From: Takakia lepidozioides
Taxonomy: Eukaryota; Plantae; Bryophyta
Direction of reading: 5' to 3'
Length of the DNA stretch: 64,000 nt
Assembly: GCA_030704615.1 (NCBI GenBank)
Contig: CM060731.1
Coordinates: 87,358,001 to 87,422,000, forward strand
A program made the position numbers and the translations under genes. This document shows positions 24,184-35,391 of the stretch, in pieces. The first letter of the stretch is position 1. Each line of letters starts with the position of its first letter. The notes below the pieces were generated by a model. That model did not search any database. It saw only the letters and a list, made by a program, of their open reading frames with translations, and was not told the origin of the DNA.

Positions 24184-27100
24184 ATGGGGTCGGGCAAGCC
24201 AAAGCCAAAGCGGAATGGCCCAAAAGATGATGATCCTAGTGAGCCCGATGGGGGCGACGTGTCACCGAGGCGGCCTTTTGAGGAAGCGATGCATGTTTCT
24301 GAAAACAAGGCCGCTCAAGAGCGGGAGGAATCCGAGGAGTCGGAGCCCGAGGAATCCTTGAGAGCTCCGACAAACCAACAGATGCCTCCCATGCCGGCAG
24401 CCTTTTGGGAAGGGTTGCTGGCGCAGTTTGGCGGGACATTGAAAGACGTGTTGAAGGCGGCTAATGCCACTTCCACTAAGGCAAAGTTTAAGGTGAAGCC
24501 TAAGGAACCCGGCACCTTCGAGGGCGTCCGAAATCGGAAGGCACTCAATACCTGGCTCCTTGAGCTAGAGCAGTACTTCCGGGCGGCCAAGTTGAGTGAC
24601 GAGGATCGGGTGGAAGTGGCTCCCACCTATTTGAGGGGCTATGCTCAACAATGGTGGCAAAAACGCCTTCACTACCGAGGTCCAAGCCCGGAAACCTTGA
24701 ACTGGAGTGGGTTCAAGGAATTGATGAAGAGACAGTTTGTGCCCCTCAACGCGTCCTGGCTCGCCCGGGACAAGATGAGGAATTTGAAGCAAACAGATGA
24801 CATTCGGGGGTATGTCCAGGCTTTCAATGTGTTGTTGCTCGAAGTCGCGGATATGGCAGAACCAGAAATGGTCTTCAACTTTGTGGCGGGATTGGCCCCA
24901 TGGGCCAGGCGGAAGTTGGAGGAGAAGCCACCCAAGACTTTGAACGAGGCCATTGAGAGGGCTGAATGTTTCTCGGATGTCCCTAAGGGCGAAAGACAAG
25001 GCCGTACGGAGCTGAACCACAAGAAGACCCGGCGGGAAGGTGACTCCTTCCGACCGGAAAAGAAGTGGGATAGGCCACGCGGCGACAATGGCACGTGGAA
25101 ATTGAAGGGAGGGCCTTCACACGTCAAGGCGGCACCTGGTGCTCCGAAAGGAAAAGTAGGTGCAGCGCCTTATGGCGGACAGAAGGCGACATTCGATGGA
25201 GTGTGTTTCAATTGCGGGGAGCCCGGGCACATGGCCAAGAAGTGCACGAAACCCCGACAATTGAACATGACTCGGGCGACCACGGAGCTGTCGGAAGATA
25301 CCATCAGTCGCTTGGTGGAAGCGGTGGTCGCGAGGACTTGCAAGGTAGGCAAATTTTCTTGTGAGTTGTATCAGGAAACTGACGTCTTACGTAAAGGGAG
25401 TCAGTTACTGTTCGTGGATGGGATAATATCCGGAACTAACGTGTCATTGTTGGTGGACACAGGAGCGTCGCACTCCTTCATGACACCGGCAACGGCACAA
25501 AAGTTGGGACTCCCAACAAGTGACGTGGGGGCCTCTATTGAGGTGCGTTCTGCCAAAGGTGAACCACAACTGGCGACAAGGTTGGCGTTTGATGGTCCTC
25601 TTCAACTGGGGAGTTGGGAGGGACGTGAGAACTTCACCATCTGTGAGATGGATGGAGTGGATCTCATTTTGGGGATGACCTTTTTGAGCAAATCCGGAGC
25701 GGTCATAGATGGCCGCAAGAGAGTAGTCACACTGCCATGTGGGAATGGTGGCGAGGTCTTACGAGTGTCGGAAACGCCCAAACCCGTGGGAGGGCGAATA
25801 AACCTCCTGTCAGCAAGAGAGTGGGCCGTGGAGGAGTCACACGAGCCCTAGTTTTTGCTTTACGTAAGACAAGTGAAGGGAGAAGGCGATGGGGAGCCGA
25901 GCCCACATTGGATCAAGGGGATTTTGGAAAAATACCAGGATGTGATGCCGGAGGATTTACCAAGCGGCTTGCCACCGCGAAGAGGAGTCGACCACAAGAT
26001 TGAGGTGATACCGGGATCGGAACCGCATGCCAAGGCGCCCTACCGGTTGAGCCACAGAGAGTTGGTCGAGCTGAAGACTCAGCTCAAAGATCTAATGTCA
26101 AAGGGGTACATCCGGCCGAGTAAGTCACCTTACGGAGCCCCGGTGCTATTTGCAAATAAAAAGGATGGGACGCTGCGGATGTGTGTCGATTACAGGGCTC
26201 TGAATAAGGTGACTATCAAAAACCGGTACCCTTTGCCAAGGATCGACGACCTCTTCGATCGGTTGGCAGGAGCGAAGTATTTGAGCCGGATCGACTTGCG
26301 CTCCGGCTATCATCAAATTCGGGTGGCGGAAGGAGATGAGGAGAAGACCGCGTGCAGGACAAGGTATGGTTCATATGAGTTCTTAGTGATGTCTTTTGGG
26401 CTTACCAATGCACCAGCGACATTTAGCACGCTGATGAACAGCCTTTTCCAGGAGTGGTTGGATGACTTTGTGATCGTGTACATCGACGACATCTTGGTGT
26501 ACTCGAAAACAAAGGAGGAGCACCTGGAGCACCTGAAAAGGGTGTTCCAAAATTGCGAGAAGGGAAGCTGTATGCCAAAGCTTCAAAGTGCGAATTCGGG
26601 GTCACAAAAGTGGAGTTCCTGGGGCATGTGATTACACAGGATAGGATCAAAATGGATGACAGAAAGGTGAGGGCGATCTTGGACTGGGAGCCTCCGACTT
26701 CGGTCCCGGGAGTGCGATCCTTCCTAGGACTCGCCTCCTATTACCGGAAGTATGTGAGAAATTTCGCCAAGATCGCGGGGCCGTTGTCAGACCTTCTGTG
26801 TAAATCCAAAGTCTGGGTATGGAACACCTTGTGTGGCCAAGCTTTTGCTGAATTGAAGCAGCGGATGGCGGAAGCTCCAGTCTTGAAAATCCCGGAGTTC
26901 GATCGTCCGTTCGAGATACATACAGATGCATCGGACTTCGCGATTGGGGGTGTACTGATGCAAGATGGACGTCCAGTGGCTTACGAAAGTAAGAAACTGA
27001 ATGAAGTGGAGCGACGGTGGCCGACGCACGAGAAAGAGATGAAGGCGGTGGTGCATTGTCTTGAGCTTTGGCGCCACTATGTTGGTTCCAACCCAGTGAA

Positions 27101-28747
27101 GGTGTTCACGGACAATGTCACGGTGAAGTATTTTGCCACGCAGCCCAAGTTGTCCCCAAAACAACTTAGGTGGCAAGATACTTTGGCAGTGTTCGACGTG
27201 GATATCCAGTACAAACCGGGACGAGACAACGTGGTGGCCGATGCTTTAAGTAGAAAGCAGCAGCTCTTGTTGGTGTACAAGGGCGAGACGACGCTCCAAA
27301 GGAAGATCCGGAAGGCTTGCCGGAAGGATGAGCTGGCGAAGTCCGTGATGCAGGACTTGAGGATGGGGATTAAATCGCAGTTCCACTTGCAAAATGGACT
27401 GCTCCGGTATAAGCAAAAGCGTCTCTCTATGTGCCGAAGGGAGGGATCAGAGATAGCCTCTTGAGAGAATGCCATGATAGCCCGCTTGCGGGCCACGGCG
27501 GAGCCAAGCGCACTGCGGCACTATTGAAGAAAGAGTATTTCTGGCCCAAACTGAGGGAGGAGGCAGAGGAGTATGTCAAGACATGCACCACATGCCAACT
27601 AAACCGGAGCGAGTACAAAAAGCAAGCGGGGCTGTTACAACCCTTGCCGATTCCAGAGGGGACTTGGGAAAGCGTCTCGATGGATTTCATGACTGCTATG
27701 CCGCTGTCAAAAGGATTCGATGCAATCATGGTGGTGGTGGATAGGTTCAGTAAAATGGGTCATTTCATCCCCACCAAGGAGACGGCAACGGCGCAGGAAA
27801 CAGGGCGACTTTACTTCGCCCACGTCTTAAAGCATCATGGAGTCCCAAAGGATATTGTCTCAACCGCGATCCAAAGTTTACGAGTAAATTTTGGAGGGCA
27901 CTTTGGAAGAAGATGGGGACGAGGCTGAAGATGAGCACCGCCTTCCGACCTACGACCGACGGCCAAACAGAAAGAGTGAATTCCGTAGTGAAGCAGATCT
28001 TGCGGAATTACGTGTCGGCAGACCAAACAGACTGGGTGGAACACTTAGACGCGGTAGAGTTCTGTTATAATAACACAAGAACACTCCGCAACGGGAGTTT
28101 CCCCTTTTGTATTGGTCTATGGAAAAGCACCTCTGGTGCCGACAAGTTGGGCCGCCCAGGACGTTGAGGAACCGGCAGTAGCGCAGGTACTAGAAGAACG
28201 CGAGCGTTTGTTGAAGCTCGCAAAGTACAACATTGCCAAAGCTAGGAAACGGTATGAAAGGCAGGCGAATCGGAAGCGGAGGGAAGTGAAGTTTGAGGCA
28301 GGCACGGAGGTCTGGTTGAACATCAAGAATTTCCGACTACCTCCGGAAGTGAGTCCAAAGTTCGTACCTCCGTATGCGGGACCCTTTCGCATCCGGAAGG
28401 TTATGAATGAGGATGTGTATGAATTGGAGCTGCCGGCAAACAGCAAGGTGCATCCAGTATTCCACGTCTCCCTTTTGAAGCCTTACTTCAAAGATGAAGC
28501 GCGTCCGAATCGGCATCAAGTGTTGCGTCCGCCACCTGTGCTGTTGGATCATGAAAATGAACCTGAGTACGAGGTGGAGGCAGTACTTAAGTCGAGGAGG
28601 TTCAAGAACCGAGAAACGGAGTATCTCGTCAAATGGAAGGGCTATCATCATGTGGAGGCATCTTGGGTGCGTGCCTCAGAAATGGGAAACGCATCCGAGG
28701 CGGTTGCAGTTTTCGAAAGGCGACCTCAAAAGCGGAAGAAGCGTTGA
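24184..28747 (+). pseudogene. LTR-A gag-pol (gag, Zn knuckle, protease, RT, RNase H, integrase, chromodomain)
   Basis: CFNCGEPGHMAKKC; LVDTGASHSF; YIDDIL; TDASDF; HDSPLAGH...CTTC; SMDF...TDGQTERVN; GPF/HPVFHVS; EYEVEAVL...YLVKWKGY. One internal TAG and a few frameshifts. Confidence 0.95.
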
Positions 28748-29648
28748 TGGGGACATCAACCTTGGAGCGTGGGGGAGGAAATGCATGCTTAGCCCGGCTT
28801 AGCTAGCTCAGGAATCCGATTGCAAAAACTTGTATTGTACAAAAATTTGTTATAAATGGAAATGGGTTCCAAATGTTGTGTGTCCTATTTTGTTTGGAAT
28901 GGTGATGCATGGTGTGGTTGGCTAGTGTGTAGAATGCATGCTAGCTTACAAAAGTGGGAGAGGTAAATTGGGTTACGTGTGTTTGCGCAGTGCCGAAATC
29001 GGGTGACTTCCATCCAAGGGGCAAGGAAACTTGCGCCTTCTTTGGGAGTTCACGTGCTAGTGCGCACCTGCGCGTGCGCGTACTATAACTGCGCTACCGA
29101 GGGGTTGCCTTGTAGTGCGGGCTAACGCGGAAGCTACGTGCTTCCGTTCACGTACTATAATCGTGTAGCCTCGGGACGAAGTCGTAGTGCGGCTTCGACG
29201 TGTTCCCGTACCTCAGGCCAGCATTCCAAGACGGACCCAATTGTAGTGATTGGGGCGCACGGTTGGTTCAAGGTTATCTTCCTAGTCAAAGGGGTTCGAG
29301 GTGAACCCTTGCGCAAAGTGATGCCAAAAGCGGCATCAGGAGCGATCGCAAGCAATGTTGTTGCAGTAAGGCGATTCGATCCTCGGGAGGATCGTTCCTT
29401 GACCTTGAAGTAGGCCAAGAAGAGTGCACTGGGAGGAGCTTGAGAGGCTCCACCCCTGGCCGGGACTTGGAGGAAGTCGGCCGAACTAGCTAGTGGAGAG
29501 TAGAGTCAAGTGTGGGGTTTGGTTCTTTGCCATGGGACGCCATGGTACGGAAACAAACTCCTTGATGTGGGACGCCACAACTTGGATGTTTGTTTCTACA
29601 AAATGGACAAGTCGATGAGGACATCGACTCCCTGTTGGTAGGGGTGTG

Positions 29649-30124
29649 TGTCGCGGCCCTTTGCCTTGAGGGCAGGGGGTCGGGAACATGAGGGGCTGCC
29701 CCTGTGTGTTGGGCAGTGGCAGCGATAGGTATGGGGGGCTGAAGCACCCTTGAGTGCCCAAGGCACTCAAGGAGGCGGAGGCGCTCACTAGGTGGAGCCC
29801 CGCACACCGGGTTGCGGTGGGGGTTGGCTCCACAAGGGGTGGTGGTAGCTTAGCGGGACTTAGTGGGGGTGGCATAGGACTCACCATGGGGTTTTCGTGG
29901 TGGTTCGCCATAAATGGCATATGGCTGGTTGTGAAACCCCCGCGGACAGCTACAGAAGTATATATAGGGGAGTAGTAACCCCGAGGAACGGTGCAAGCCC
30001 GTTGGTGACCAAAAACTAGTGAGTAAGCGAGCGAGCCGATCTACAAGTAATTAGGGAGTAGTACCCCGAGAACGGTGCAAGCCCGTTGGTGACCAAAAAC
30101 TAGTGAGTAAGCGAGCGAGGGAGC
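29649..30124 (+). repeat. LTR-A 3' LTR, left part
   Basis: Follows PPT-like ggtaggggtgtg and matches the 5' LTR, apart from an internal deletion and a local duplication at about 30040-30120. Confidence 0.9.
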
Positions 30125-30971
30125 GGAGGTTTACTATTTTCATGAGCAGAAACCATGAGCCATGAGCCATGAGCCGCATGAGCCGCATGAGCGGTGAGCC
30201 GAAGTCTAAGATACGCGGATTTATGAGCGGACTCCTCCAAATTTGAAATGCGGCAGATTAAACAAGTATTAAAATAATAGTTTTTTATTTGACCTTGCCG
30301 TTTTTTGGACGTTCCAGATCATGTAATGCGGCGAAGATATGTCGTCAGTAACAAGTCCGCTCATGGTTTTTTAGATCCGCTCATGGAAATAAGTGACCGT
30401 GCAACGGGAAATCCAGTATTACCACTGCAAAAGGACGTCGCATACTGGCCTGTATAGAGTATTCCGCGGTTTTACATGCCTTAACATTGGAATGAAGCTG
30501 ACCCTTTTGCCGCGATTGAACCAATGGAGTCTGCACCAATACAGTCTGCAGTACTTCACAATTCTGTCTCTTCGGGTATTCGGCGGGAAAGGTTTGCAAC
30601 TGAACTGGGAAATAGGGTGCCGCATTAGGGTTCGCACGTGCGAATTTCGAGCGGTTTGGTGTTGGCGAAGGCCGCTCTGGGGGTACCTACGACGATACTT
30701 GGAAATGCGGCGCCGCATTTCCTTGTCGGAGGTCGAATGAGGAAGCAAGTTTTCGAAAGCAGAAAAACATGAACCCTCCAAATACAAAAATACATGCACG
30801 TGGAAACAAGTGAACGATATAGTAATATCTTAGTTCGAGCAAAACAGGTTACTGGTAGGGCAAGACATATGTCGGACCTTTCTGTGGCCAGAGTCTGAGG
30901 TACTGGCAGCAGTACAGTTCTACTATCCGAAAAGGATGGGCGTACCATTGTATGTGGACCGCAAGCCAAGC

Positions 30972-33900
30972 TCACTGGTCCCCTGGATCCATATTCAGAA
31001 GAGTGTGAACCTCCTGGGGGCTCAACCCTGGTGCATGTATGAAGTGATGAGTTGTGGAATTACAACGGAGTCTCTTTTAGGTACACGTAGTACAAATGCT
31101 TGCAAGGGCAGTATGATGCCCCCTTGTTCGCCATGATCTGGAAGTCGGTGCAATTGCAGGTGGGGTAATTCTGAAATGGTGATGGTGTACACCTCATTGC
31201 GAACAGCTGAGCCCGCCGTGGCCATCTGATACACACGCCGAATCCTGGTGGGGGCACTTCTGTCGAGCTCTGGATTGTACAGTTCATCCGAAGTGCATTC
31301 CCCATCCTTGTCTCGTTCACTTTTGAGGGAGGTCGCCGCCCTCTTCGGTTTCCCCCAACGGTGTGTAGGATGCTTAGAGCTGTCGTGTCCCATTGTTCTT
31401 GCTCTCACAGGGGTCGGTGGTGGAGGCTGTGGAAGCGGAAATGGTTGTCTGGGGACGTCAGTGCGCTGCACCATCCGAAATCCTGCGGGGTAAGGGCGTC
31501 GGCCTCAACCTGACTCAGATCGCAGCCTGGTTCCACGGCCACACCGGGGGAGCCCTGGCATTGTTTGTATGCCGTACTTGGGCTTTCCATACACGCAAGT
31601 CATAATGTCGTGCCTGCAGAACCAGAACTGGGTGGTTGTCGCCTCCGCAAACTTTGCATGGACAAATCTTCCTGAAAAGTAGGAGCAGGGACAGCCCCAT
31701 CTGGATTCCTCCTTATCATCTCTAAACAACGTTGCCGTGTATCCACACGAATTGCGGAACACCTTCCTCGAAACGACGGCTTTGTGCGAGCAATTCTCCA
31801 CTGTGATGCAGACACAGTCGTCTCCACAATGGCTTGGCCATACTGCATAACAGCGGGCGGAATCTGGGGCAAGGGAGCGGTGGACATTTGTTGCACGAAA
31901 TCCCCGGTTGAAGGCGACGGCGATCTGAATTTCTTGGCTTCCACTGCTGGAAGACACATTGTGCGGCAACATGACGGGACCTCGAGGTGCTGTCCGAATG
32001 TTCCTGTCGGATCTCCAGGAATCCTCTTCGCAACCGGGTTCCTCTTCAATCCTCCGCCTGACAGGGCGAGTCCGGACGTCCCCCTCTAGGTGTTCACCTC
32101 TGCGGTGCAGAGGCGTCCCTTTGATCTTCTCTCGCAATGCTGTCGCCATTTCACTGGATTCTTGGACCTCGAAGCTGTTCGTACCAACAATTCCTCCCTG
32201 TCCGGCCAAAGCCCCATTGTTTGCCGCTCAGGAACTTGTAGTACGTGGCTTGCTGCATGATTGCTCTGTCGATGTCCTCCGTTGTGGCCGTCACTACGTC
32301 CACCAGATGTGCGGCAAGACGCTCGCCACGAGGAGTGGACCGATTCTGCCATATTCGTGTTCGGCATGTCCGTGTCGGAATCCAAGCACCGCTCCTAGAA
32401 GGACACAAACATGGTGAGGGACCAATCGAAATGTCCGTAACAGAAGACAAATGAACGAAATTGACAGCAGCCTACCTCCCGCATGTACTGTCCGAACTGT
32501 CGATACCGAAAATGCCACCACCCCAACCAGCTGTGCAATGCTCCCAGATTGGTTGTCTCCACTGCACCTGACGTGTTCCACCAAGCCTCGATGATAGCAA
32601 ACTTAACCTCCGCGTCATCAAATGTGGGTGCATCCTTCCACGCCGTACAAAGGACACGGTGTTCAGCCTGGAATGAGCTAGCAACAATTTGGTAGTGTAG
32701 TGGATAGACTCTGCATCCAATGGAATCCACAGGATCTCTCTTTCCCCTCCATTGGAACATTGGGGTCCTCACCGTACACACGCCGCACCGCTGCCAGTTG
32801 GCCTGAGCGTTGTCTGCCATGAATCCCCTGAAATTGGGCTCTGGCAATCCCGCCCTTGCCATCTGCTCGTTTATGCCCTCCCAAGATGCATCTCGGACTG
32901 TGTGTCCTCCCCTTTCATCTCGCAGATTGCAATCGTCATGAGCCTCTTGGAGTGATAGTCATAAACATGCGCACCCATAGTCACCCACTGATGGTTTGTA
33001 ATTCGCTTGATGTGATCAAACATCACCCAAGCATTCGACAAGTTTCCAGTTGTCATGCGAGTGACCAAGTCGACTCCACTCCCAGGCCCACACGTCGACA
33101 TTTTGAAAATGTAACAACGATCGGATTCGCTGCCTTGCCCTGGAAACCTGCTACCTTGGATGTAGTCATATCCAGTCATTCGTTTCACCTCCAGGATTGA
33201 GTACATGTCCGACCCCCTGCCGAACTCCTGCTTGCAAGATACGATGTGATTCCGCACATTCGGACTACAAACGTGCGAGACGGACTCCAAGAGGTCACGC
33301 ATCTCGTCTTCGGTCAAGGCTCTCGGTCGGAACCATCTTCAGACATGATTTTGCCAAGAGCAATCTTGTGGCTGCCTTCAGCTGAATCTGCTTTGGTCTG
33401 GCTCCGGGGCTCAATTTCACTCCTCTTTTATGATGTCGTGTGCTTCCTGCACAGCCTCACGCATGTTGCCTCTCGCCAAGGGGTGGCAGTGGACCCCAAC
33501 GTGTATGCAAGCTCTAGTCAAGTCCGGGAGCAAATGGATTAACGTAATATTGCTTGGCTCTGCACATGGACATGCACGTCGGTGGTTCTTTGCAATGTGC
33601 ACACTTGAAAGAACCCGCAGGAGCTTGGCTGGAGACAATGAATGGATGATGCATTGTGCCAGTCCAATCCGTCTCGTTTCTCCGCCCTCCTTTGGAGAGA
33701 AAGTGGAAGCAGGTGGGATTGAGGCACCTCAGCTTCCCCGCACAGAGGACATATCGTACACGAACACCCATCAGCAATTTTCGTGCTACTGGTCTTTGTC
33801 ACACACCAGGGGTGTCCGTCATGCTTTCGATCCATGTCTGTTAACATCCCGGAGGCTTTCTTTGACGAAGAAACAGGTGGAAACTCGAAGATGACATTGC

Positions 33901-34933
33901 CATCGACTTCGGGAGGCAGAAACGTTTACCTTTCTGACTGGGAATTTGGCATAGTCGAGAGCAGCCAGCTCGGAGCGAGAACCATCGAGGTGATGTTGTC
34001 GTAGGAGCTGCACAATGGACCGGGTTGGAGTTATGCTCGAGGGCACATTCGTAGCACCTACAGAGACGTCCATGCCGGATTTGAACGACCGTGTGAGGAC
34101 ATGGGTACCTCAATGCAATCATCTTCCTCGTCGGAAATGTCGAATACGTCCAACGAGAAGCTATGGAAGGGTCTTGACGGTCCAGGTCGGAATGGATTAT
34201 CGTTGCATACCTCTCTGTTTGGCAGTGGCCGCCTCTCGGTTTCCGGACTCCTTTGTGGATGGTGTGGGCAGCGACTGATTCGGAAAGGAAATGGGCATTC
34301 CCACAGCTCGGTACAGGATGGTGTCTGACGGGGGGAACGTGCCATTCGATCCGCAAACCTCCGTCGTTACCTAGCACGACAATGGTCTCGTCAACTGTCC
34401 AGGAACCTCCTTCTTTCTTCTTCCAAATAAACTGTGCCCGTTTGAGCTTGAATTGGGAACAAAGGTAAGTTTCAGTCACTCTGCAAAGTCCTCCCTCGTT
34501 TGGGATCCAGGCTCCCCCAAGTTGCGGAGGACAGCAAACTATAGCGTAGGAATTCGGAGCCATCGAACACCGCAGGAGTTGGCAAGTGCGAGTTTCAGTA
34601 TAGCGACAGACCAAGGCTCACAGGCACCATCTAAGTGGATCTGCGGAGCCCATCGACGATTGGAAGTCGCACATTGAAGTGGAAAGTTTGTTTCAAGCTA
34701 CATGCATGAAGGTTGGAGGTTTGATTCCATAGCCAGTAGTTGACAATGATGGCCGATTCGGCGACGAAATAACATCTCCTGACAGTTCTCCTGAGGGTGG
34801 ATCCAGCAGTATTCTCGTGCAGACAGGACGTTCCGCACTGACAAGTGCCAGGACTGCTGTTAAAACTGCAGACAACCAAGTTGTGCTCATCAAGACTGGC
34901 CGCAATTGTGGTTGTTCGACAATGCAAACCCAT
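30972..34933 (-). CDS. E2 MULE-type transposase with GCM-like DNA-binding domain and SWIM finger (frameshifted in this assembly)
   Basis: GCM/WRKY-like RYVLCAGKLRCLNPTC...CAHC...C...C...TRACIHVGVHCHP (about 33460-33830). DDE core WVMFDH, FMADNAQAN, CGFHW (CxxH), TNMAES. SWIM CNCTDF...PCKH. The start position is approximate. Confidence 0.8.
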
Positions 34934-34974
34934 TCAGTTCAGATTTCCCCGTCCCGAGTGATTCTTCGATTGCT

Positions 34975-35391
34975 GGGGACGAAATACGACGGCGCCGCAT
35001 TTCCGTATGCATCTTGGTCATGCACCAGAGCGACGGAAATGCGGCACCGAGTTTCCGTCCGGGAAACCTTTTATACTCTCTTCCAAGAACGGAAATGCGG
35101 TAACGCATTTCCATCCAGCAAGCACGGTATGTGAAGGTCGAACGAAATGCGGTACCGCATTTCCGTTCTGATTGAGATTTAGGAACAACGGGAACAGAAA
35201 TGCGGCACCGCATTTTCCGTCCGAGTCGCACTTTCCGACATCTCAGAACGGAAAAGCGCCGCCGCATTTCCATTTTGTATCTGATGCATGGAGCTGAGGA
35301 TTGAAATGCTGCAAGCACAATTTCCGTCATTAAAAGACATTCATCTCTCCAAACGGAATGCGGTACCGCATTTTTCATTCCACAAGCACGG
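34975..35391. repeat. E2 central palindrome array, left part (GGAAATGCGGYRCCGCATTTCC, about 53-bp period)
   Basis: Cores at 34991, 35043, 35099, 35151, 35204, 35258, 35310 and 35362. Confidence 0.92.

Noticed and set aside
25849-25851. Programmed stop-codon readthrough between protease and RT in LTR-A
   Set aside because: LTR-B has CAG at the same codon, so the TAG is a C>T mutation.
30036-30124. Tandem duplication or TSD at the E2 left junction
   Set aside because: It is a degraded copy of about 29950-30035 with missing bases and looks like an assembly artefact, so I did not use it to define TSD length.
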